Virus record (IMG/VR): IMGVR_UViG_3300037245_003482
Span: 10,015-74,014 of that record
Length of the DNA stretch: 64,000 nucleotides
Strand: one strand, 5' to 3'
Source: a virus
The notes beneath the pieces were generated by a model. The model made no database searches. It was not told the DNA's origin and was given only the letters and a program-made list of their open reading frames with translations. Shown piece by piece: positions 19,102-28,390 of the stretch. Positions within the stretch are counted from its first letter, which is position 1, and each line of letters begins with the position of its first letter. Position numbers and translations under genes: made by a program.

Positions 19102-19650
19102 GTGAGTGGCAGAAGTAATTACCTGCACACAAAACACTCGCTCTTTTGGTAATGGGAGGGGGGGCAACCCCCCTAATCTTTCCTAATGAGGGCGGGCGAC
19201 CCATTATCATAAAATTGGAAAACCCCATTTTTATGTGTTGAATAAACTTTGTACGCTCTACATATACGCCCATTAGAAACTGGGGCCCTTAATACCAGTT
19301 TTAACCGTTCTGCAACCCCTGATGGCAACTGAAAGGGGCTCGAAATGCCTTACGTGCGTCCTTTTGTATTATGCATTTGAAACAAGGGCCCAGGCGGAGC
19401 AGGGTATGAACCAGGCCGTCGAAACTCGAGGGGCAGCCCTGGGACCCACATTGCTGGGGAAAATGTATCAAACGCGCGCTGTCCCAACAAATGACACCTG
19501 TACAATGGGCAACCATTGACTAGGCTATATTGTAGGTTGTGAAGTCAGTAAAGAGGGCCACAGTGCAAGCAAATGCACTAATCGATATAGAGCATCCAAT
19601 AGAATACACTAAAAGTGGGACCTAGGCGTACAGTCTAGGAAAACTCCGCC
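19102..19650 (+). ncRNA. candidate large structured non-coding RNA
   Basis: 700-bp gene-free gap, CpG-richer than its flanks, with consecutive hairpins (GCAA loops, G-U pairs). TATACT -10 at 19092-19097. Confidence 0.55.
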
Positions 19651-19767
19651 AAATTCCTAAAAGTAAAGTATATATACCTATGTCTCTTATGTTCCTATGT
19701 TACTTTGTATTGCGGGGGTGGGGGGTTATCATTATAACTTTTTATAATAGGGGTAGGAGGATATTTT

Positions 19768-20674
19768 ATGACTAGAATTGGAATGATAGGTTTTGCAAAT
19801 GCCTTGGGCCTCGGTGCAGCAGAGCCTAATGCAATCAGGATATTAATGGACCTACGGTTCAAATGTGTTAAGGCAGGCTATGATATCCCAGAAATTAATA
19901 ATATACCTGGGCCACATGCTGTGGCAAAATTAGCATGGTTACGCAACCACATTGCAGAATTTAAAATAGAGGTTGAATAATGCTTTTTGCCAAATTAACA
20001 TGCACCAAGGACACTACATCTGGGGTAAGCCAATATGGGCGTGTTTATTACCACCCAATAAACCTTGTCACAGAAATTTCATTTGGAAGAGTTAATAGTG
20101 AATTAGGCAGAATACCTGGGCAATCTGTATTGCATATTGGGGCTGGTCCTGAGGAGTACAACTTAGACTATTTCAAATTGGAATGGGTTGATGAAAGTGT
20201 TATGTGCAAAGAAACAAATGGGTACGGGGGTGTAATATGAAATGGTACCTGATTTATGATAAAACAAATGTAAAAAAGGGTAAAAAATACCTGGTAAAGG
20301 CTGCTAATTGGTATGATGCTGCAGATTATATAAGGGACCTAAACAGAAAAGCAGGCTTCCCTCCCCATGTTAATTTTGTTATCAAAGGCGTTACAAATGC
20401 CCTTGTGCCGTTTTTAAAAGAGTGTATTGATTTTGATACTAGAGGCATAAAAGTAGTAAGTGCCCCAGAAGCACCAAAAAAGGTATTCACAGATGAATAC
20501 CTTGAATCAGAAATACTGGGTTTAAAGGCCATAGTGGACGATACAATGCAGGGCGCCCCCGATAACCTTAAAGATGGTATATTGGAATCATTAACAGCCC
20601 AGACACGTGCCACATTTGAAACAATGCAGAAATTAGAACAAGAAAGAATTGACGAGAGGGGTAGTAATACCTAA
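19768..20674 (+). CDS. three coupled hypothetical genes (19768-19980, 19980-20240, 20237-20674)
   Basis: TAATG and ATGA overlaps, following the promoter motif at 19743-19753. Confidence 0.65.
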
Positions 20675-21576
20675 TGTTTGATGTTTTAAAACTACTAAAG
20701 GATTACAGAATCCAGTACAGGCAGGACAGTTCTGGGTGGCTTAATATCTGTTGCCCCTTTAGGCTCAACCATAAAGGTGGGGATACAAAATACTTTGGTG
20801 GCTTTGATTTACGTACAGGTGGGTATAATTGTTGGTCGTGTCAAGGTGTTTCAAACCATAAGGTAATTGCGGAACTACTGAACATCAGCAATGGGGAAGC
20901 ATTTGGCTTACTGCAAGGGTATGGTGGTGGTGTGTATATGCAGTACCATAAGGAAAAACGCCAAAATGCCACAATTATGCAAATGCCAGGGGCACAGGAA
21001 CCACGCCCCCAACACACAAAATATATTGAAGGCCGTGGGTATGATTTCAAACACCTCACTGAAAAATACATGTTGCATTTTACCCATGGGGGTGATGAAC
21101 CCAAATGGCGCCAAAGGGTAATTATACCTATTACCTATGGGCACCGTGTAGTTGCCTACCAGGGCCGGGATGTAATAGACCGTGGGCCAAAAGACCGTTG
21201 GATGAGTGCCACACCCGAAGAAAGCCTGATGCATTATAAGGATGTTATCTATGGAATTGATGATTGGCACAGTAAAACCGTGGGGGTTGTGGAGGGCGCT
21301 TTTGACGTGTTCCGCATGGGTAAGGGGATATGTACCGGGTTTGGTAGTGCACTTACAGACAGCCAGGTAACAAAGCTTGCTGAACGCTTTAACAGGGTTG
21401 TATTCTTATTTGACCCAGGTGATGAACTTGCATGGGCCAAAGCAGGGAAGCATATGTTGGAATTAAAAAGCATGGGGGTAAATGCAGAGCGTGTGCGTTG
21501 GGCCTCGAAATTAGATCCAGATGAACTGGGTTTTAAAGAATGTCGAATACTTAAACACCAATGCGGGATAAAATAA
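20674..21576 (+). CDS. DNA primase (Zn finger plus TOPRIM)
   Basis: CCPF...CWSC, RVIIPI...YQGR, VVEGAFD, FLFDPGD and LDPDEL. Confidence 0.9.
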   Translation: MFDVLKLLKDYRIQYRQDSSGWLNICCPFRLNHKGGDTKYFGGFDLRTGGYNCWSCQGVSNHKVIAELLNISNGEAFGLLQGYGGGVYMQYHKEKRQNATIMQMPGAQEPRPQHTKYIEGRGYDFKHLTEKYMLHFTHGGDEPKWRQRVIIPITYGHRVVAYQGRDVIDRGPKDRWMSATPEESLMHYKDVIYGIDDWHSKTVGVVEGAFDVFRMGKGICTGFGSALTDSQVTKLAERFNRVVFLFDPGDELAWAKAGKHMLELKSMGVNAERVRWASKLDPDELGFKECRILKHQCGIK

Positions 21577-21929
21577 TGGAAAAAACATATACCAATGAAG
21601 AGTACAAAAAGGTATTAAAGCCTTATAAAGAAATAAAAAAACTAAAGGCACAATTAAGTAGACTTGCCATTATAATGCAAAGGCAGATCATTATGCTACA
21701 ACATGCACAAGCTGGTATAGATTTCCTTATGTGTGAAGAATTTGATAATTTTAACAATAACATAGTAACACTAAGGCAAATTTGCCTTTTACCAATGCAA
21801 ATGGGGCGCCCAGTAATGAAGCCCCATGCAAAAGAACTTGCTGCAATGCAAAAATATTGCAAATTACGTGTTAAAATGCTACAGCGTGAAATTGCTAAAT
21901 GGCAGAAAAAGAAAAGGTTCCCAAAATGA
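21576..21929 (+). CDS. hypothetical helical protein
   Basis: TAATG-coupled ORF. Confidence 0.6.
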   Translation: MEKTYTNEEYKKVLKPYKEIKKLKAQLSRLAIIMQRQIIMLQHAQAGIDFLMCEEFDNFNNNIVTLRQICLLPMQMGRPVMKPHAKELAAMQKYCKLRVKMLQREIAKWQKKKRFPK

Positions 21930-22315
21930 GCCTTTTTAACACAACCCCTAAAGTAAGTGAATTAGAACAAGTACGCTGCATTATAGCTGGTGGGCGTGAT
22001 TTCACAGATGCTACTATATTATGGAAAAAGTGCTTTGAGTTATTTGTATTAGGTAGGTTTTTAGATACCATTGAAATAATAAGTGGTGGGGCAAAAGGGG
22101 CTGATAAATTAGGTGAAAAATTTGCAAGGGTGCATAAAATTAAAATAAAGAAGTTCCCAGCTCATTGGCAAATTTTTGGCCCTGCAGCTGGTGCCATTCG
22201 TAATGCTGAAATGGCAGAGTATGCCAATATGTTAATTGCATTCTGGGACGGTAAAAGCAGGGGCACAGCACACATGATTGAAACAGCCCGTAAAAAAGCC
22301 TTATTGTGTATGTAG
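21926..22315 (+). CDS. YspA/DUF2493-type SLOG family protein
   Basis: IIAGGRDF, ISGGAKGAD, AAGAIRNAEMA and AFWDGKSRGT. Confidence 0.85.
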   Translation: MSLFNTTPKVSELEQVRCIIAGGRDFTDATILWKKCFELFVLGRFLDTIEIISGGAKGADKLGEKFARVHKIKIKKFPAHWQIFGPAAGAIRNAEMAEYANMLIAFWDGKSRGTAHMIETARKKALLCM

Positions 22316-22345
22316 TAAACTATTAACTTTTTATAATATGGGTGT

Positions 22346-24109
22346 ATGGCAACAGTTGATTTAAATGATAGGTGGGCAAGAATAACTGAAGGTAAAATAC
22401 AGTTATTTTCACCCTATGACCAGGAAATGGTTGATGATATTCGGAAACGTAATAGGAATATGCGTCTACGCCCACCGGGTACTGATTTAGTATGGGCATG
22501 GTGTGCAGCAGCAGGTTGCTGGGAGTGCCCTGATATACCTGAAAACCGTGAACTAATAGATGAGCCACTATATGCCTTTGATATTGAGGGTGACGGCCCA
22601 GAATTTGACGAAAATCCAATGGACAAACCATGGCTCAAATTAGACCTTGGTAAAATAATGGGGGCAAATGGGCTTCCACCTTGGGATTTCCAATATGAAT
22701 GCCTGCAGTTCCTTATGTGGCGCCACGGACGGGGCTTTCTTGGCCTTGACATGGCATTGGGTAAGAGTATAATTGCTGCCCTCTTCTGTAAGATGAAACG
22801 GGCACACATGCCATCAATTATTATATGCCCCAGCACATTAAAATTACAATGGGCAAAATATTGGGGTGAATGGGTAGGTGCCCCGGTTACCATATTAAGT
22901 GGTAGGAAAGGCAGGCCACTGGAGCGTGGTATGACCTACATAATTAATTGGGATATACTTGGGTACCGAAAAGAAGAAAAAAAGCAAATAATGAAGCATG
23001 GCAGGGAAGTAACCCAAACAGTGAAAGTTGTGCAAAAAGACAGTTGGTTTTATTTCATAAAGCAGGCAGGGTTTAAAACTACAATTGCGGATGAAATACA
23101 ATACTGCAACAATGTTGATACTGTGCGTGGAAAAGCCCTTAAGGAAATAGCGCAGGCAATACCTAATTTTATCCCTTTAAGTGGTACACCAATAAAAACT
23201 AAACCAAGCCAATTTTGGTTACCATTACACCTATGTGATGACAGCAGGTTCCCAAAGCTTTCTACATTTAAGCGTAAATTTTGCAAATTAGAACATACAG
23301 GGTATGGCGAAAAAGAGTTACCTGGGTGCAAAGATCCCAAAGTATTACATAATGCAATAAAAAATGTAATGATACGGTTCCGTAAAGAAGATGTACTTAA
23401 AGACTTACCACTTAAAACACGTGTAATTGTGCCTATGGAAATAGATACTGCTGAATGGAAAAAGCGGGTTGCCCTATTTAAAGAAGAAACAAAGGGGCTT
23501 GATAGAACTAAGGCCATTGCAATTGAAGCAGCAATTAAAACACTTATGAGCAGCGCCTTTGATGTTAAAAAAGACTCTGTTATGGCCTGGCTGGATGAAT
23601 TTAAGGAAATGAACCCAGGTAAGAAATTAGTTATTTTTGCATGGCACCGTGCAGTTGTTGAATACATCCATGAGTATTATAAAAAAGAAAGTGTGTTATA
23701 TTATGGGGGTATGTCCAACCCCCAGAAAGTAAAAAGCTTTGAAACATTTTTAAATGATCCACATTGTATATTTTTTGTGGGGAATGCCCAAAGTGCAGGA
23801 ACAGGCCTTGATGGCATGCAGCACGTGTGCAATACCACAGTATTTATTGAAATAACCCAAAGCCCTGCAGACAGTGACCAAGCAGAGGACAGGGTGGTGC
23901 GCCCCGGGCAATTGAACCCAGTAACATGTTTCTATTTGCCTGCGGATAATACTATTGATATGGATATAATGGAAAATTGGGACTTAAAGCGTGAAATGAT
24001 TGACCAGATAGTTGAAGGCAAGGAAACAAGTGACTGTGATGATTTACTCAGTGCGCTATTCCTGAAGTATGCGGGCCCCATGCAAAACAGTAAAGCAGGT
24101 TTATTTTGA
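22346..24109 (+). CDS. SNF2-family (annealing) helicase
   Basis: DMALGKS, IICP, ADEIQ, LSGTP, AGTGLD and QAEDRVVRPGQ. Confidence 0.9.
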   Translation: MATVDLNDRWARITEGKIQLFSPYDQEMVDDIRKRNRNMRLRPPGTDLVWAWCAAAGCWECPDIPENRELIDEPLYAFDIEGDGPEFDENPMDKPWLKLDLGKIMGANGLPPWDFQYECLQFLMWRHGRGFLGLDMALGKSIIAALFCKMKRAHMPSIIICPSTLKLQWAKYWGEWVGAPVTILSGRKGRPLERGMTYIINWDILGYRKEEKKQIMKHGREVTQTVKVVQKDSWFYFIKQAGFKTTIADEIQYCNNVDTVRGKALKEIAQAIPNFIPLSGTPIKTKPSQFWLPLHLCDDSRFPKLSTFKRKFCKLEHTGYGEKELPGCKDPKVLHNAIKNVMIRFRKEDVLKDLPLKTRVIVPMEIDTAEWKKRVALFKEETKGLDRTKAIAIEAAIKTLMSSAFDVKKDSVMAWLDEFKEMNPGKKLVIFAWHRAVVEYIHEYYKKESVLYYGGMSNPQKVKSFETFLNDPHCIFFVGNAQSAGTGLDGMQHVCNTTVFIEITQSPADSDQAEDRVVRPGQLNPVTCFYLPADNTIDMDIMENWDLKREMIDQIVEGKETSDCDDLLSALFLKYAGPMQNSKAGLF

Positions 24110-25527
24110 ATATAGAACGTGACACAGGCAAAAATTATGATGAGGAACGCCTCTACTTATTCCAGCTGTTAACCAATACTGATTTATTACGCAGTTGCCG
24201 GGATATATTACGCCCTGAATTGGCAAGCAACAAATACACAGAGCACCTGTTACGCTGGCTTTTGGAATATTATGATGTTACTGGTGTGGCCCCTGGCAAA
24301 GACACCACCAGCCTTTTTGTAAAGCATAAGGACAACCTGGATGAAGATGTTGCCAATAATGTGCAGAAAATACTGGAAAACCTCAGCGGTAATGAAGCAA
24401 ATTATGCAATAAATAATGTGCCACATAATGCCAAAAATATTGAAAAGTATTTTAATTGGCGTGCCCTTAGTGAATTAGAAAAAAGCCTAAAAGAAGCAAA
24501 TAAGGGCAAGGATGTGGAATATGCCCTACAGTTGCTGCAGAAATTTAAGCGGGTGGAAAAAACAGAATGTGGGGTGTATGACCCATTTACTGACCATAAG
24601 CAAACAGCTGAAAGCTTCAACCTGGAGGAGGATAGGCTGATAAAGTTCCCTGGTGCCCTTGGTAATGTTATTGGGTGGTTCCTCCGTGGTGATCTTATTG
24701 GGTTCATGGCTCACCAGAAAGCAGGAAAAACATGGCTTTCTATTTTCCTATCTAGCTTTGTGATTGATTCAGGGTTCAAAGTCCTTTATTTCAATTTAGA
24801 GGTCACGGAAAAACAATTCCAAAGGCGTATTTGGCAAAACCTTAATGCTATGCCCAAGGAAGCTGGTATAAAGGTTAAATTACCCCATTTTACGGATGAT
24901 GGTGATATTGAATGGGATGAAACCATAACCAAAGATGAAGACCTTATTGTGGATGAGGAAAGTATAAAAAAACGTGCAGAATCCCTTAAGTTGCAGAAAC
25001 GGGGCCGTATCAAAGTTGTAACCATGAAACGTGGTAGTGCTACTTTAAGCAAAATACAAAGTAAAACAGCACAATTGGAAAAGGAACTAGGTTTCGTGCC
25101 TGATTTAATAGTGATTGATAATTTCGATGTGGTGCAAATAAAAGATGCAGAAGAAGAAGAGAAGCTTTGGATGCATGCAGCGGGTTGGGCCCAGGAGGAG
25201 AATTACTGCATACTTACACCCACCCAAGGCAACAGGGACAGTTATAAGAAAAAAGGGGGCATAAAGGCCCTGGGTGGTAGTTACCGCAAATGTTCCCATG
25301 TGGGTAAAATGTTCATGCTCACTATGTCAGAAGATGAAAAAATGAATTGCTTTTGCCGTGTTAAACTGCTTGAAGGCATTGATCGTGATGATGGGCCAGC
25401 AGAAGGTGGTGAAGCAGTTGTACTGCATGCATTGGGCCTGGGCATGTGGCATGTGGATAGTAGGTATATTAATGAAACCCAAATAGGTAAACAAGAAATG
25501 CTTTCCTGGGGCAGTAAAGACGATTAA
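24106..25527 (+). CDS. replicative DnaB-like helicase
   Basis: AHQKAGKTW, YFNLEV, LIVIDNFD and TPTQGNR. Confidence 0.82.
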   Translation: MNIERDTGKNYDEERLYLFQLLTNTDLLRSCRDILRPELASNKYTEHLLRWLLEYYDVTGVAPGKDTTSLFVKHKDNLDEDVANNVQKILENLSGNEANYAINNVPHNAKNIEKYFNWRALSELEKSLKEANKGKDVEYALQLLQKFKRVEKTECGVYDPFTDHKQTAESFNLEEDRLIKFPGALGNVIGWFLRGDLIGFMAHQKAGKTWLSIFLSSFVIDSGFKVLYFNLEVTEKQFQRRIWQNLNAMPKEAGIKVKLPHFTDDGDIEWDETITKDEDLIVDEESIKKRAESLKLQKRGRIKVVTMKRGSATLSKIQSKTAQLEKELGFVPDLIVIDNFDVVQIKDAEEEEKLWMHAAGWAQEENYCILTPTQGNRDSYKKKGGIKALGGSYRKCSHVGKMFMLTMSEDEKMNCFCRVKLLEGIDRDDGPAEGGEAVVLHALGLGMWHVDSRYINETQIGKQEMLSWGSKDD

Positions 25528-25534
25528 TTAATTA

Positions 25535-25579
25535 TTTTTTAAAAAAGTATTAGGAAGTAGGTGTCTTTTTGTATATATT
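25535..25579 (+). promoter_or_regulatory. T6A6-box promoter
   Basis: TTTTTTAAAAAA-GTAT-TAGGAA-17 nt-TATATT, the same geometry as the 17430 and 42415 copies. Confidence 0.6.
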
Positions 25580-25604
25580 ATAAGTAAGGGCATAGGAGGA
25601 CAGG

Positions 25605-26203
25605 ATGAAAGAATTTAAAGAACTACCAGTAGCAATGCAAAATAACATAAATAACCTTGCTGCGTCAATGGGTGTAACAGCTATAAATGCTTATTCTCTT
25701 ATTACACTTACCATAAACGGTATGGAACAGGACAAAGTGGTTGACTGTATTCCTGCTATGAACAAAGAAGAAAAAGAATACATATGTGAAACATATATGT
25801 GTTGTGCAGTTGAGCGTTTCACTAAATTTAGTGAAAACTTCCAGACTAGGGCCACCATGCGTGAAGGTTTTGCTGCCTTGGTTTACAACAAAATAAGCAC
25901 AGGGGGGGCAGGATGATTAAGAAAATAACAATCAACAAACTGCAAATAGAAATATTCAACCTTGTTGCTGGCCTTACCAACATGACACCTGATGAAGTAG
26001 CAAAGGATTGGTGTGTGTGTCCCAACCAAGCTGCTAAATTTAGGGCCTGGTTTGAAAATAAAGAATTGGAAAAATACAAAGTGCGGTACAGGGTTGCAGG
26101 CAAAACAAAAAGGGAAGAACAGCTAATCACGTACCATGAACTGAAGTATATACAAAGTATGCCCTATTATTACTGTGACATAATGGCATGCAGATTAAAA
26201 TAA
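25605..26203 (+). CDS. two hypothetical early genes (25605-25916, 25913-26203)
   Basis: Strong AGGAGG RBS and ATGA overlap. Confidence 0.65.
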
Positions 26204-26207
26204 CAAG

Positions 26208-26261
26208 GGGCCCCGGTGCAACACTCCTTGTGTTCCTCCCTCCTGAGTTGCACTGGGGCCT
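26208..26261 (+). ncRNA. 15-bp hairpin with an anti-Shine-Dalgarno-like loop
   Basis: Stem GGGCCCCGGTGCAAC/GTTGCACTGGGGCCT; loop ACTCCTTGTGTTCCTCCCTCCTGA. Confidence 0.45.
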
Positions 26262-26290
26262 GATTTTACCCACAAACCCAAAGGATATAT

Positions 26291-26476
26291 ATGAATAATA
26301 TTAAGAAAATAGCAAAGGCAACAGCACGCATGGGTGCCAAACAGAAGCCATTTAAAACCTTAAGCAGTGCTGAACGCAGCATTCGACGTAATGTAAGGCT
26401 GGACAAAGATTGCAAAAAAGAAGCGGACCGCATTAAAGAAGCAGGCCGCACCAAAAAGGGAAAGAAGAATAAATGA
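26291..26476 (+). CDS. small highly basic protein
   Basis: AAGGA RBS; K/R-rich, 61 aa. Confidence 0.6.
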   Translation: MNNIKKIAKATARMGAKQKPFKTLSSAERSIRRNVRLDKDCKKEADRIKEAGRTKKGKKNK

Positions 26477-26619
26477 TTACCCTTGCAAGTAGCAGTTTTG
26501 GTAATAGGTATAACTTTAATTATTTATACCTATTACCTATTACCTTTTTTAATACCTTATGTTACTTTTTGGAAAAATATTTTATACTTAAAAGTAACAC
26601 CTTTTACCAGTTTATTTCT

Positions 26620-27513
26620 ATGTCATATGATAAAAAAACTAAAATTCAGGCACTTGAAGAAGTGATGCTAGGAACGGATACAAAAACTAAAATTGCAGCC
26701 AAATATGGCATCTCAACAAAGACACTTTGGCAGTGGTGTAAAAACCCCCCAAGGTCAGATGATTCTGCTGTTCCACTCACAGCACAAGAGGTGGTAAAAG
26801 AATTCACACCAAGGGTTCAGTATGCCCAAAATAAACCACTAACAACTGATGACACTGATCTTATAAATTTAGAATTACAAGGGGCAACAGATAGCTTATT
26901 GGTGGATCAATTAGCCTCCAAAAAAGACAGGGATTATTGCCTGCTCTATGTGCGCAGCAGGGACAGAACAAACAGCTATATGGAAGCATATAACTTTAAA
27001 AACAGGGGTACAGCATGGTCTAAAAGCCAGACATTGATGCATAGGCCTCATATACGTGATGCAATACGGCAATTAAATTTATTACAAATTAAAACATTTG
27101 AAAGTGATATATTACCCACATGCATGGATTTTTTGCATAATGTGGTTACTGCGGACCTTTATAACTACATGGATGATAAGGGTAATTTGAAGCCTGGTTC
27201 TGACTTAGCCCCTGAACAGCGTATGCTCATACAGAAAATTGAAAAAAAGGTAGTGACCTACATAAGTGGATATGATGGTGACAAGCCTATTTATGATGTG
27301 GCTGAAAAATGGAAAATAGAATTACCCAAAAAAGACAAGGCAATTGAGCTTTTAGGTAAAATTGTGGGTATGTGGCATGAAAGCAATTTATCCCTTAATT
27401 TTACCCAAAATAACGTAAATGTTACCCAGCAGAAAGCAACAGAGGGTATGGAAGTTCTAAAACAAATACAGCAGGGCCGCGACCCATTGCAACAAGGAGA
27501 CAAAAATGGCTAA
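26620..27513 (+). CDS. terminase small subunit with an extra N-terminal HTH
   Basis: KIAAKYGISTKTLWQW (HTH), YCLLYV...TNSYMEAY and KDKAIELLGKIVGMW (TerS-like). Likely start is MSYDKK. Confidence 0.75.
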   Translation: MSYDKKTKIQALEEVMLGTDTKTKIAAKYGISTKTLWQWCKNPPRSDDSAVPLTAQEVVKEFTPRVQYAQNKPLTTDDTDLINLELQGATDSLLVDQLASKKDRDYCLLYVRSRDRTNSYMEAYNFKNRGTAWSKSQTLMHRPHIRDAIRQLNLLQIKTFESDILPTCMDFLHNVVTADLYNYMDDKGNLKPGSDLAPEQRMLIQKIEKKVVTYISGYDGDKPIYDVAEKWKIELPKKDKAIELLGKIVGMWHESNLSLNFTQNNVNVTQQKATEGMEVLKQIQQGRDPLQQGDKNG

Positions 27514-28075
27514 ATATGTTTATACAGGTACATGTAGCACATGTGGGCACACCCCAGTCTTAATCTTAGGGTGTAACTTTGTGGGGGGCAGTGATTATAC
27601 CGCTGCATTAAAATGCCAAAAGTGTGGTAGGACTGAAGAGAAAGAAATACATGAGGATCATATGACACAAGAACCAGAAAAAGAAAACACAATGCAAACA
27701 CCCAAACCAATTGAAAAAGGCCGTAATTCAGGCAACAAGTACCACAGAACCATAGTAAACATACATGGGGTACCTTTGGCTGATGTGGATGTATATAGCG
27801 TTTTAATGGCCTTTGATGTAAAAAACCCGGGGTGCCAGCATGGCATTAAGAAACTATTATGTGCAGGCATAAGGGGTAAAGGAAGCGCATTAAATGATAT
27901 TACAGAATCTATTCCTGCAGTAGAAAGGGCCATTAGGATTGAAAAAGGCATTGAATTAACCCCTGAAGAACAAAATGCAAAGTTCATAATTGATACAACT
28001 GTAAAATCAGGGGGGGAAGTAAATACTAACTACCCACCAATAGATTTTGTATCTGGGGAACGAACAGATGATTGA
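27506..28075 (+). CDS. Zn-ribbon plus DUF3310-related domain protein
   Basis: CSTC...CQKC, then VDVYSVL.AF.V.NP..QHGIKKLLCAGIRG. Confidence 0.6.
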   Translation: MAKYVYTGTCSTCGHTPVLILGCNFVGGSDYTAALKCQKCGRTEEKEIHEDHMTQEPEKENTMQTPKPIEKGRNSGNKYHRTIVNIHGVPLADVDVYSVLMAFDVKNPGCQHGIKKLLCAGIRGKGSALNDITESIPAVERAIRIEKGIELTPEEQNAKFIIDTTVKSGGEVNTNYPPIDFVSGERTDD

Positions 28076-28390
28076 TGTAATAGTTTTTTCAATGGCCCTT
28101 ATAATGGTTTTAGTTATGCTACAGGCCATTTTATCCAAAGGTGCAGGCATACAACACTTCAAACGCTATGGGCGTTATATCATGCTTGAAAGGGCTGCAT
28201 ATAAGGAAAATGGGTACCCAACCAGCTGCATTTATTGCGCCCACCACTACCATTATACAGGGCCTATGGGGCACCGCTGCTATGGGCGTAAGAGAAGGGT
28301 GGACAACTTACGCAGTTTCCCCTTTAAAACACCACAGAGGTGCTTCAAATACAAAAAAATGATATCCATTTATGATTTAGGGGATTTGTA

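Noticed and set aside
19316-19346. Hammerhead-like CTGATGG...GAAA
   Set aside because: The core should be CUGANGA, and stems I-III cannot be built convincingly.
19301-19519. ORFs 19322-19519 (+) and 19301-19516 (-)
   Set aside because: No RBS and atypical codon usage; better explained as chance ORFs in a GC-richer structured region.
19100-19660. Group I or group II intron, RNase P RNA or tmRNA
   Set aside because: No interrupted gene, no domain V, only a weak GACTA/CAGTC P7-like match, and no GAGGAAAGTCC or tag peptide.
26473-26619. N-terminal extension of TerS in the ORF track
   Set aside because: Low-complexity F/Y/L translation of an AT-rich tract; the domain starts at MSYDKK (26620).
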